DNA from: an uncultured Alphaproteobacteria bacterium
Lineage (GTDB): Bacteria > Pseudomonadota > Alphaproteobacteria > VGEJ01
Length of the DNA: 64,000 nt
NCBI GenBank assembly: GCA_913041535.1
Contig: CAJWJK010000008.1
Coordinates: 367 to 64,366 of the forward strand
Direction of reading: 5' to 3'
Under the pieces are notes generated by a model, which was not told the origin of the DNA, did no database searches, and saw only the letters and a list, made by a program, of their open reading frames with translations. Below, piece after piece: positions 18,344-27,458 of the stretch (position 1 is its first letter; each line of letters starts with the position of its first letter). The position numbers and the translations under genes were made by a program.

Positions 18344-19948
18344 ATGACCCTAAGTGATAACTTCGATGAAACGATCGCCTCTGTGACTTTTGACTATGAT
18401 GATGACGATATTGTAGTCATCGTTGGATCTGGAGCAGGCGGAGGGACATTAGCCAATGAACTCTGCCAGAAGGGGATCAATATTGTTCTTTTGGAGGCGG
18501 GTAAGCGTTTGCATTCAGCAGATTTTGAAAACGATGAAGGCTTGATGTTCGATCGTTTGAGTTGGATGGATCGGCGCATAACGGCGGGAGAGTCTTTACT
18601 GGCTACTGATTGGCCCTTTTTCCCAACTTGGATCTGTAAAACAACTGGGGGCTCCACTGTGCATTGGGCCGGGCAATCGATTAGGTTTCGTGACTACGAG
18701 TTCAAGCCGCGTACTACTTACGGTGCTATTGAAGGAGCGAATCTCATTGATTGGCCAATTTCTCTGGATGAAATGCTTCCGTATTATGAGCGCGCCGAAG
18801 ATAAAATGGGAGTGAGCGGGCGAGGTGGGCGACCATCCCTTCCTCTCAACAATAACTTCAAGGTTATTGCTCTCGGTGCTCAACGCATGGGTTATACGGA
18901 CTATGATGCAAGCCATATGGCTATCAATTCGGTTCCTCATGATGGCCGTAATGCGTGTGATCAAATTGGCTTCTGTATGCAAGGGTGTAAGTCTGAGGCT
19001 AAGTGGTCGACGCTATATACAGAGATTCCCAAAGCAGAGGCAACGGGTCGGTGTGAGGTAAGACACTCTTCAATGGCGCTAAAGGTTGAGCACAATAACA
19101 CCGGACGTGTGAATGGCGTAATCTACGTAGATGCTAATGGAAAACAAATACGTCAGAAAGCACGAGCAGTTTGCATCGCAGGTAATGCGATCGAAACACC
19201 AAGGCTGCTTCTAAATTCGGAATCGGCAATGTATCCGGATGGTATGGCAAATTCTTCTGGTCAGGTTGGCCGAAATTACGTAAGAAATATCACAGGCTTT
19301 GTTTATGGTATTTTTGATAAGCCGGTAAGCATGTACAGAGGTGCTGCAGGCCAGGGCATTATCCGCGACGAATCGTGGCATCGGCCTGAACGTGGGTTTG
19401 CTGGTGGCATATGGTTGACAAGTTGCGGGCTTGGGCTTCCCAATGTTGCGGCATTCATGAATCCTCGGGGCTGGGGGCGTGATTATGCGTTGCTTTTGGA
19501 ACAATTTTCCAACATTTCAGCTATTTGGACTTGTGGTGAAGACTTGCCCTTGTCACGGAACGGAATCACTCTTCATGAGAAGGAAAAGGATCAATATGGT
19601 CTACCGGTGCCCGTCGTGAGTATCACTGAGCATCCTAACGATGTGGCGATGCGCAATTACAGTCACTTGCGAGCAGCACAGGTTTTTGATGCGGCAGGTG
19701 CCATACAGACTGTAGAATCAACCTTGGTTCCTGGCTCCCACAATCTTGGAACATGTCGTATGAGTGATGATCCTGATGTAGGGGTTGTTAATAGCTATGG
19801 CCAGACCCATGATATACCAAATTTGTTTGTATCGGACGGAAGCCAGTTTTCTTCCTCTTTTACAGGCAACCCGACGCTTACCATTGTAACCCTCGCGATC
19901 CGACAAGCAGAATATATTGCTGAGAGGATGCGCGGCAACGAGATCTGA
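18344..19948 (+). CDS. GMC family FAD-dependent oxidoreductase, paralogue 4
   Basis: Same motif set (IVVIVGSGAGGGTLANEL, HNLGTCRMS). Confidence 0.88.
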   Translation: MTLSDNFDETIASVTFDYDDDDIVVIVGSGAGGGTLANELCQKGINIVLLEAGKRLHSADFENDEGLMFDRLSWMDRRITAGESLLATDWPFFPTWICKTTGGSTVHWAGQSIRFRDYEFKPRTTYGAIEGANLIDWPISLDEMLPYYERAEDKMGVSGRGGRPSLPLNNNFKVIALGAQRMGYTDYDASHMAINSVPHDGRNACDQIGFCMQGCKSEAKWSTLYTEIPKAEATGRCEVRHSSMALKVEHNNTGRVNGVIYVDANGKQIRQKARAVCIAGNAIETPRLLLNSESAMYPDGMANSSGQVGRNYVRNITGFVYGIFDKPVSMYRGAAGQGIIRDESWHRPERGFAGGIWLTSCGLGLPNVAAFMNPRGWGRDYALLLEQFSNISAIWTCGEDLPLSRNGITLHEKEKDQYGLPVPVVSITEHPNDVAMRNYSHLRAAQVFDAAGAIQTVESTLVPGSHNLGTCRMSDDPDVGVVNSYGQTHDIPNLFVSDGSQFSSSFTGNPTLTIVTLAIRQAEYIAERMRGNEI

Positions 19949-19950
19949 TT

Positions 19951-21081
19951 ATGAAGTTAAGCACAGAACGTATTCTTACGAGTCACGTTGGCAGTTTGCC
20001 TCGCCCTGATGATCTAGTAGCAATGTTAGCGGCTCGTGATCGCGACGAGCCATACGATGCTCAAGCTTTAGCGGAGCGGGTTACCTCAGCAACAGAGGAG
20101 ATCGTAAAGAAGCAGGTTGCGGCTGGGGTTGACGTTGTAAATGATGGTGAGATGGGAAAATTCGTGTATGCGACATATGTAAAGGATCGCCTTAGCGGTT
20201 TTAAAGGAGAGAAGGACCGGCCAGTACCAAAGGACCTACAGGAGTTTCCAGAGTATGCAAGCAGATTGGGGTGGCCAGCCATAACTCGTCCAGTTTGTTC
20301 ACGACCGCTTGAGCCACTAGATCAGTCAGCTGTAGATGATGATATTGTTAATTTGAAAACTGCGACGCGGAATTCGGGAGCTGCTGACGTTTTCATGTCT
20401 GCTGCATCACCGGGAGTTATTTCGGCATTTCTAAAGAATGATTATTATTCAAACCATGAAGAGTATCTCATGGCCTTATCAGAGATAATGAAAGCTGAGT
20501 ATGATGCTATTCATAAGGCTGGTTTTGTACTTCAACTTGACTGTCCAGACCTTGCCATGTCGCGTCATATTCACTTTAACGAATTTGATCATGAGACCTA
20601 TTCTGCAATGCAGGAACTTCAAGTCAGGGCACTAAATAATGCCACTCGGGATATCCCAAGTGAGGATATGCGTATGCATCTTTGCTGGGGTAACTATGAA
20701 GGTCCTCATCATCACGATGTACCGCTTTCTCAAATTATTGAGACGGTTCTTCAGGCACGTCCGTCTGGTCTTTCGTTTGAGGCCGCTAATCCGCGCCATG
20801 CGCACGAATACAAGGTGTTTGCAGAAGTTGAGGTGCCTCCAAACAAAGTGCTGTTTCCCGGAGTCCTTGATACCACGACCAATTATATTGAGCATCCAGA
20901 GCTGGTAGCTGATCGCATTTGTAATTTTGCCGAAATTGTGGGTCGTGAACGGGTCATAGCATCCACGGACTGTGGTTTTTCGACGATCGCAGGTGCCCCA
21001 TTGGTTGACCCTGATATCGTTTGGGGAAAATTTCAAGCTATGGCTGATGGCGCTGATCTGGCGAGTAAGCGTCTATGGTAG
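19951..21081 (+). CDS. cobalamin-independent methionine synthase II (MetE C-terminal/core-like) family protein, paralogue 1
   Basis: THVGSLPRP N-terminus, HLCWGNYEGPHHHD (His-x-Cys Zn ligands) and STDCGFS (Cys ligand). It starts 2 nt after GMC-4. Confidence 0.82.
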   Translation: MKLSTERILTSHVGSLPRPDDLVAMLAARDRDEPYDAQALAERVTSATEEIVKKQVAAGVDVVNDGEMGKFVYATYVKDRLSGFKGEKDRPVPKDLQEFPEYASRLGWPAITRPVCSRPLEPLDQSAVDDDIVNLKTATRNSGAADVFMSAASPGVISAFLKNDYYSNHEEYLMALSEIMKAEYDAIHKAGFVLQLDCPDLAMSRHIHFNEFDHETYSAMQELQVRALNNATRDIPSEDMRMHLCWGNYEGPHHHDVPLSQIIETVLQARPSGLSFEAANPRHAHEYKVFAEVEVPPNKVLFPGVLDTTTNYIEHPELVADRICNFAEIVGRERVIASTDCGFSTIAGAPLVDPDIVWGKFQAMADGADLASKRLW

Positions 21082-21099
21082 GTCAGGAAGGATGTAAAT

Positions 21100-22248
21100 A
21101 TGGTTAGCAGTAAAGATAGAGTCCTGACGACGCACGTGGGGAGTCTTCCTCGTCCAGATTATCTACTGGAGCTCGCTTTCGCTAAAGACCGTCATGAAAG
21201 TTATGACTCAGATGCTTTAAACGAATCCCTAAAAGTGGCTGTATCCGACATCGTCAAACAACAGATCGAAAGTGGTATCGATATAGTCAACGATGGGGAG
21301 ATGAGTAAGATTAATTATGCGACGTATGTCAAGGAGCGTGTGAGTGGGTTTGAAGGAGAAGATCAAGCTCGAGTTTATGGCTCTGATTTAGCAGCTTTTC
21401 CGGAATATCTTGAGCGATTATTTGAAGCGGGAGGTATAGGCAAGATGTCGCGTCCCGTTTGCACTGGACCCATAAAATACCAAGGGCATTCTGCAGTACA
21501 AAAAGATATTGAGAATCTGAAATCAGCAGTCGATGGTCGAAACGTGTCTGGCTCATTTTTAAACGCTGCGTCACCCGGTGTAGTCTCCTTATTTCTTGGA
21601 AATACCTATTATGGTTCTCACGAGGAATATATTTGGAAACTCGCTGAGGAAATGAAGACCGAGTATGATCTGATTACTTCAGCGGGTATATTGCTGCAGA
21701 TTGATGCTCCAGATCTTGCAATGGGTCGCCATATTCAGTTTGGGGATGAGGATTTTTCCGTATTTCGTAAAGCCGCTGAACTGCATATTGAAGCTTTAAA
21801 TTTCGCGACTCGTGATTGTCCGCCTGAATCGATAAGGCTCCATCTTTGTTGGGGAAATTATGATGGACCTCATCATCATGACGTACCGCTCGTCGACATA
21901 ATTGATCTAGTTTTTAAGGCGAGGCCTCAAGCTATATCATTTGAAGGTGCAAATCCCCGCCATGAGCAGGAATGGAAGGTCTGGCGTGATGCCGGCGTGC
22001 CAGACGATAAAGTTCTAATACCGGGTGTGATTAATTCCACTAGTAATTACATCGAGCATCCTGAATTGGTGGCGGATCGGATCTGTCGTTTCGCGGAATT
22101 TGTTGGCCGAGAGCGAGTCGTAGCGGGCACAGACTGCGGCATGTCTACTTCGGCAGGATTTCCGAAAGTTGACCCGAATATTGGATGGGCAAAATATGCA
22201 GCCATGTTTGAAGGAGCACAGTTGGCCAGCAAACGTTTATGGGCGTAG
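21100..22248 (+). CDS. cobalamin-independent methionine synthase II (MetE core-like) family protein, paralogue 2
   Basis: Same motifs as paralogue 1 (HLCWGNYDGPHHHD, GTDCGMS), with an 18-nt gap and an AGGAAGGA Shine-Dalgarno. Confidence 0.82.
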   Translation: MVSSKDRVLTTHVGSLPRPDYLLELAFAKDRHESYDSDALNESLKVAVSDIVKQQIESGIDIVNDGEMSKINYATYVKERVSGFEGEDQARVYGSDLAAFPEYLERLFEAGGIGKMSRPVCTGPIKYQGHSAVQKDIENLKSAVDGRNVSGSFLNAASPGVVSLFLGNTYYGSHEEYIWKLAEEMKTEYDLITSAGILLQIDAPDLAMGRHIQFGDEDFSVFRKAAELHIEALNFATRDCPPESIRLHLCWGNYDGPHHHDVPLVDIIDLVFKARPQAISFEGANPRHEQEWKVWRDAGVPDDKVLIPGVINSTSNYIEHPELVADRICRFAEFVGRERVVAGTDCGMSTSAGFPKVDPNIGWAKYAAMFEGAQLASKRLWA

Positions 22249-22391
22249 GTTGTATGTTGGCCAAACACCCAACAAGATTGTAACGCCAGTATGGGAATTG
22301 ACGTAAAGTTAAATATCGATTTTACAACGAGTTAACTCGAATACCTAATGCTGTTTCATAAAAAAACACTCAGACCTGGCATCATGATAGT

Positions 22392-24098
22392 TTAGAAAAG
22401 CCCGGTAATTCGTCCGTGCTCGTCCACTGAGATATTGTTTGCGGCAGGGGTCCGTGGCAGTCCAGGCATGGTCATGATATCCCCGCATATAGCCACTACA
22501 AACTCAGCGCCACCCGCTAAACGGAGTTCTCTAATTGGAATTATGTGCCCGTTCGTAGCACCTTTAATATTTGGGTCCGTAGTAAAACTATATTGTGTTT
22601 TAGCAATACACACAGGGAAATGTCCAAACCCGCCCTCCTCGAAGTCTTTAAATTGATTCAAAACCTTCTGGTCGGCACTGATGTCATCAGCTCGGTATAT
22701 TTTCTGTGCGATCGTACGTACCTTGTCCTGCAAAGAAAGGGAGTCTGTGTAGAGTGGCGCGAAATTAGACGGCTCATTGTCAATTGTATCAACCACGGCT
22801 TGGGCTAGTTCGGTTGCGCCTTCGCCGCCCATTGCCCAATGGTCAGCCATAATAGCTTTAGTGCCTAACTTCTCACACGCCGACTGCACTAGCGTGACCT
22901 CTGCGTCAGTGTCCGCACTGAATCGATTTATCGATACAATAACGGGTACACCATATTGTTTTACGTTTTCGATATGACGTGCGAGGTTGGCTATACCTAA
23001 TTCAAGTGCCTGCAGGTTTTCATTTGAAAGTTCATTACGATCTACTCCTCCGTGCATCTTTAAAGCCCGAATTGTTGCAACTATCACAGAGAGATCCGGT
23101 TTAAGATCAGCTTTACGACATTTGATGTCAAAGAACTTTTCGGCACCGAGGTCTGCGCCAAACCCAGCCTCTGTAACTACGTAATCTGATAATTTCATAG
23201 CCATTCGTGTTGCAATAACTGTGTTACAACCGTGAGCGATATTTGCAAAGGGGCCGCCATGAACAAATGCTGGATTGTGCTCTAGAGTCTGGACTAAGTT
23301 AGGAGCTAGGGCATCTTTTAACAGGGCTGTCATCGCGCCTGGCGCATTTATAGAGCTGGCTCGCACTGGCTGTCTATCGCGTGTAAAACCAACAATGATA
23401 TTTCCCAAGCGTTCGTGAAGGTCCTCAATATCTCTGGCGAGACAGAAAATTGCCATTACCTCCGAAGCGACGGTAATATCAAAGCCATCTGATCTTGGAT
23501 ATCCGTTTGCTACTCCACCAAGACTATTAACAATTTGCCTTAGTGCTCGGTCATTCATGTCCACAACTCGTCGCCAAGATACTCGACGGAGATCAATCTC
23601 TTCTTTGTTTCCCCAATAGATGTGATTGTCAACCATAGCAGCGAGTAGGTTGTTTGCGACTCCGATAGCATGAAAATCACCTGTAAAGTGGAGATTAATA
23701 TCTTCCATCGGGACTACCTGGGCGTATCCTCCGCCGGCAGCGCCACCTTTCATTCCAAAGCATGGGCCCAGCGATGGCTCACGCAGGCAAATCATGGTCT
23801 TCTTTCCTATCTGGTTTAGAGCATCTCCAAGCCCTACTGTCGTGGTCGTCTTACCTTCTCCGGCCGGCGTTGGTGTAATGGCGGTCACTAGTATCAGCCT
23901 TGCGTCCGGACGGTCGGAAATATCTTGCATATAGTTAAGTGCGACCTTGGCCTTGTAACGGCCATAAGGTTCCAGGTGATTACTTGGGATTTCAAGTCGA
24001 TTTGAGCTAATCTCTGTTATTGGTTTGGGAGTTGCCGCTTGGGCAATGTCAATGTCAGACATGGGGTTGGCGTGTTGCTGGTTCGAACTATCAGACAT
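22392..24098 (-). CDS. fhs: formate--tetrahydrofolate ligase
   Basis: 568 aa with [16 protein letters not shown] (P-loop) and an overall collinear FTHFS pattern. Confidence 0.92.
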   Translation of the reverse strand: MSDSSNQQHANPMSDIDIAQAATPKPITEISSNRLEIPSNHLEPYGRYKAKVALNYMQDISDRPDARLILVTAITPTPAGEGKTTTTVGLGDALNQIGKKTMICLREPSLGPCFGMKGGAAGGGYAQVVPMEDINLHFTGDFHAIGVANNLLAAMVDNHIYWGNKEEIDLRRVSWRRVVDMNDRALRQIVNSLGGVANGYPRSDGFDITVASEVMAIFCLARDIEDLHERLGNIIVGFTRDRQPVRASSINAPGAMTALLKDALAPNLVQTLEHNPAFVHGGPFANIAHGCNTVIATRMAMKLSDYVVTEAGFGADLGAEKFFDIKCRKADLKPDLSVIVATIRALKMHGGVDRNELSNENLQALELGIANLARHIENVKQYGVPVIVSINRFSADTDAEVTLVQSACEKLGTKAIMADHWAMGGEGATELAQAVVDTIDNEPSNFAPLYTDSLSLQDKVRTIAQKIYRADDISADQKVLNQFKDFEEGGFGHFPVCIAKTQYSFTTDPNIKGATNGHIIPIRELRLAGGAEFVVAICGDIMTMPGLPRTPAANNISVDEHGRITGLF

Positions 24099-24348
24099 TG
24101 GTGCCTCATCAATTAGAAGGTAACTTCAAGGATATTCATGGCCATTCTGCGCATTGCTATTCAGAAACTCAAGTAAGTCAACTGTATTTGCTGTTATTGG
24201 GTGGAGATAGCATTAATTATGCTTCTAATTTTGTGGCCTAACGTGTGCTTATTTATCGTATGCCCGTAGGCTCATTGGTCTAGTATGCGGTTAGAGGAAT
24301 AGGGCATAAAGGTTCAGTATGAGGTGTTGATCTGAACACGATCATTCG

Positions 24349-25812
24349 TCACCTTTTTTGGTCGTACCGTATTAGGGTGTTGAATAGGGAGCGGGCGTTA
24401 TTTAGTGGAGGTAAAAGAATTGTCGCGAATCCGCAATAGGCAATAATAATTACAATGGATCCGGCCATCGCTTGCAACGGTGTAAGTGTTTCATCAAGAA
24501 TGCGCTGAATTGACCCCGCCGCACCTATGATAAGAAGACACAAATAAACGGAGCGTAGGGAATATTTGGTAGCCACGTAGTCATTTGCTTTGTTATGGCG
24601 GGCAAGAAGTAGACACATAAGTAAAGTTCCTATCAGCATCGCTAACGCTGCGCCTTCGATGCCGACCACGGGAATCAATAATGCTGTTATTCCGACTGTT
24701 GTGACGGCTGCAATTCCTTGTATTACAGACTGCACGTAAGTTCGCCCGGAGAAGTAGATGCCAGGTGCCAGCAAAGACCAGGTGCCAACGAGAAATTGCG
24801 CCGCTGCAAGAATTCCAACGACGCGGTACGCTTCGTGGTATGCTGGTTCAGTAAGCAACAATACAACGGGGCGCGCAGCCACAAAAAACAGAATTGTAAC
24901 ACCGCCTAGGGTTAAGGTGTATAAGAGGTGTACTCGAGAAAAAACATTCGGCGCCTCCGTTGGGCGTAGTGCGTAGGTTTGGAAGAATGGTGTCCAAGCA
25001 GTTATAAAACCTGTAACGAGCAAGCTCATCGCTAATCCTAGATTGTAGCCAATACCGTAGATTCCAACGGCGCCAATCCCATGTTCGGAGTGTTGAAGCA
25101 GATAAGTACCTGCACTTTGCAGTACGAAAAGGAAAAGTAGAGACGGTATTACGGGAAAGCCTAGTTTAATTTGGTCGAAAAGAACTGTGAGGTTTAACCT
25201 TGTGTTGACAAGGTTGTGATTGAAGGCGGCTGCAAGGACGAACATTGTTGCGGAGCCAAATAGTATGCCCTCAACCCAAGATACAATTCCCCGATCGGTG
25301 AATATAACCAACAATAGTGCTGCCACAATACCAATGATGCCAGTGCCACTGAAGGCAGTTATATACTTGAATGGTTTACCACGAAATTGGAGGTTTTGAA
25401 TCAATGGGTACGCGGTTATCTGAAGTGCCATGCTGACAGAAAAAAGCAAGACGAGGTTTGCGTAGTTTAGACTTCCCGTTAAGCCATACGAGATGAATTC
25501 CGAGAACAATACGGCTAAAACTATCAGTGTGGTTCCGGCCGCTAAAGTTGCTAATAGAGCTGACCAGATAGTCTCTTTACGGTGGTCATCTGTCGCTCCA
25601 CGAAAATATATCACGGCTGTTGACACTGAGAATCCTAGGCCACATAGGGCGCGGCATACGACTCCAAAAACGGTGAGAAGCGCTATTACCCCAAACTCTG
25701 TGGGAGTAAGGTAGAACGTAAAAACTGGCAGGGTTATTAGCTGCGCGAGCCCTCTAGCGCCGTTACCTAGCGCGTAGACTGTAGAATCTCTTGCTAAACT
25801 TCCAAGGTTCAT
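24349..25812 (-). CDS. Wzx-like oligosaccharide/polysaccharide flippase (MOP superfamily)
   Basis: 487 aa with about 12-14 hydrophobic helices. The N-terminus (ALGNGARGLAQLITLPVFTFYLTPTEFG) is typical of polysaccharide biosynthesis flippases. Confidence 0.75.
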   Translation of the reverse strand: MNLGSLARDSTVYALGNGARGLAQLITLPVFTFYLTPTEFGVIALLTVFGVVCRALCGLGFSVSTAVIYFRGATDDHRKETIWSALLATLAAGTTLIVLAVLFSEFISYGLTGSLNYANLVLLFSVSMALQITAYPLIQNLQFRGKPFKYITAFSGTGIIGIVAALLLVIFTDRGIVSWVEGILFGSATMFVLAAAFNHNLVNTRLNLTVLFDQIKLGFPVIPSLLFLFVLQSAGTYLLQHSEHGIGAVGIYGIGYNLGLAMSLLVTGFITAWTPFFQTYALRPTEAPNVFSRVHLLYTLTLGGVTILFFVAARPVVLLLTEPAYHEAYRVVGILAAAQFLVGTWSLLAPGIYFSGRTYVQSVIQGIAAVTTVGITALLIPVVGIEGAALAMLIGTLLMCLLLARHNKANDYVATKYSLRSVYLCLLIIGAAGSIQRILDETLTPLQAMAGSIVIIIAYCGFATILLPPLNNARSLFNTLIRYDQKR

Positions 25813-26237
25813 TGGTTGGTAGAGGACCGCTTTAGTCGGGTGGTAATTTTAGGTTGGTAATTGACGTTGGTAAATACATAACCCCGACCACAGAAGACAT
25901 CATCTTTAATATCTGTTTCCTTGTATAGGCAAACATTGTTTTGGATCTTACAACTATCCGAGATAATAGCATCCGATCCGATCATTACGTTCGGCTCAAT
26001 CACATAGTTTGACCCAATCTCAGTTCCCGCCATAATGTTGGAGAAGTGATGGTTGTGTGTTGCGGATCGTATTTCCACAGGCTCGTCGACCCAGGAGCTT
26101 TCATGGATCGTGACAAGAGGATGCGAAGTTTTTTCTCTGTTGCTCACAGTCAGCACTTTTGGTTCCCGATGCTCGAAAGTCAAGCGAACTATAGTCGTGT
26201 TTGCGAAGGGCAGCGGGAAGGTATGGTATCGTATCAT
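25809..26237 (-). pseudogene. hexapeptide-repeat sugar N-acetyltransferase (WbpD/WlbB-like), apparently C-terminally truncated
   Basis: HHFSNIMAGTEIG...KIQNNVCLYKETDIKDDVFCGRGYVFTNV matches the N-terminal half of WbpD/WlbB. The ORF stops ~12 aa after FTNV, so the second LbH half is absent. Its stop overlaps the flippase start (ATGA). Confidence 0.45.
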
Positions 26238-26282
26238 ACTGAGACGTTGAGTGCCTTCTGGGCGAAGAAAAGGAGCCGATAG

Positions 26283-27449
26283 ATGAGTGTCTGTATGGTG
26301 GGGTGGAGTCACACGCGATTCGGAAGGTTGGAGGAAAATGATCTGGAGGCTTTGATTACAGAAGCAGCGGCAGATGCAATAGCTGATTCGGGCATTGATC
26401 CATCTGAAGTAGACGAAATATTTTTGGGTACATTTAATGCCGGTATGGAGAGTCAAGATTTTGCAGCGTCACTCGCGTTGCAACTTGATGAATCGATGCG
26501 CTTCACTCCAGCTACGCGATTTGAAAATGCTTGTGCTTCTGGTTCGGCTGCGATGTATGGTGCTATTGACGCGATTTCAGCTGGCAGAGTGCGCTTTGCT
26601 CTTGTAATTGGTGTGGAAAAAATGACGGCGGCAAGCATAGATAAGGTAACTGAGTCGTTAGCTAAGGCAAGCTACTATAGGGAGGAAGCTGGCACTGGTA
26701 TTAGTTTTCCAGGTATTTTTGGCCAACTGGCTCAACGTTATTTTCAAAAGTATGGGGATCAGTCTGATGCTCTCGCTATGATTGCTGCCAAGAACCATCG
26801 TAATGGATCGGTAAATCCTCTAGCTCATATTCAAAAAGATCTGGGTTATAATTTCTGCAGGGAAGCCTCACAAAAGAATCCAATAGTGGCGGCACCGCTG
26901 AAACGAACGGATTGTTCTACAGTAGCGGACGGTGCCGCTGCAGCTGTGGTAACTGATATTGGCACCGCACTAGGTATGAAAAAGGCTGTAGCTTTTAGGG
27001 CTTCACAACATGTTAACGATGTTTTGCCGATGTCAAAGCGTGATGTGTTAGCTATGGAAGCTCCTCGATTGGCTTGGTCGCGTGCGATGGATCAGGCTGG
27101 CATATCCCTGGGCGACCTAAGTCTTGCGGAAGTGCATGATTGTTTCACGATTGCTGAGTTGCTTGAGTATGAGGCAATGGGTCTCACGAGTGAAGGTTGT
27201 GGTGCGAAAGCTATAAAAGAGGGATGGACTGACAAAGGTGGAAAACTTCCGGTTAATCCTTCGGGTGGACTTAAGGCTAAAGGCCATCCGGTGGGAGCGA
27301 CCGGAGTCAGTATGCATGTTTTGGCAGCTCAGCAGCTTACAGGGACAGCTGGGCCAATACAGGTGCAAGATGCAGAGCTTGCTGCTGTTTTTAATATGGG
27401 TGGTGCTATGGTGGCTAATTACGCTTCCATACTGCAGGCCATTCGTTAG
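26283..27449 (+). CDS. thiolase-fold protein (SCP-x/propanoyl-CoA C-acyltransferase-like)
   Basis: ENACASGSAA (Cys nucleophile), EVHDCFT and NPSGGLKAKGHPVGATG motifs of thiolases. Confidence 0.8.
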   Translation: MSVCMVGWSHTRFGRLEENDLEALITEAAADAIADSGIDPSEVDEIFLGTFNAGMESQDFAASLALQLDESMRFTPATRFENACASGSAAMYGAIDAISAGRVRFALVIGVEKMTAASIDKVTESLAKASYYREEAGTGISFPGIFGQLAQRYFQKYGDQSDALAMIAAKNHRNGSVNPLAHIQKDLGYNFCREASQKNPIVAAPLKRTDCSTVADGAAAAVVTDIGTALGMKKAVAFRASQHVNDVLPMSKRDVLAMEAPRLAWSRAMDQAGISLGDLSLAEVHDCFTIAELLEYEAMGLTSEGCGAKAIKEGWTDKGGKLPVNPSGGLKAKGHPVGATGVSMHVLAAQQLTGTAGPIQVQDAELAAVFNMGGAMVANYASILQAIR

Positions 27450-27458
27450 CTGAAGCAC

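Noticed and set aside
14806-18657. Three antisense ORFs (14806-15093, 16663-16914, 18394-18657) encode similar peptides (..SLANVPPPAPEP.ITTT..), which looks like a conserved overlapping gene family.
   Set aside because: Each lies exactly opposite the conserved FAD-binding motif (IIGSGAGGGTLANEL) of a GMC paralogue. The similarity is the mirror image of sense-strand conservation, and there is no independent start or RBS support.
24099-24348. The fhs leader, checked for a ZTP (pfl) or THF riboswitch because fhs is a common target of these riboswitches.
   Set aside because: I read the reverse complement and found no CCGCCUGGG-type pseudoknot core or other recognisable riboswitch signature. Only weak hairpins are present. 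A covariance-model scan would be needed to be definitive.
26238-26456. N-terminal 73 codons of ORF 25809-26456, which overlap the thiolase start.
   Set aside because: This part shows no homology-like pattern. The acetyltransferase similarity starts downstream, and the overlap with a well-supported plus-strand gene argues against translation of this part.
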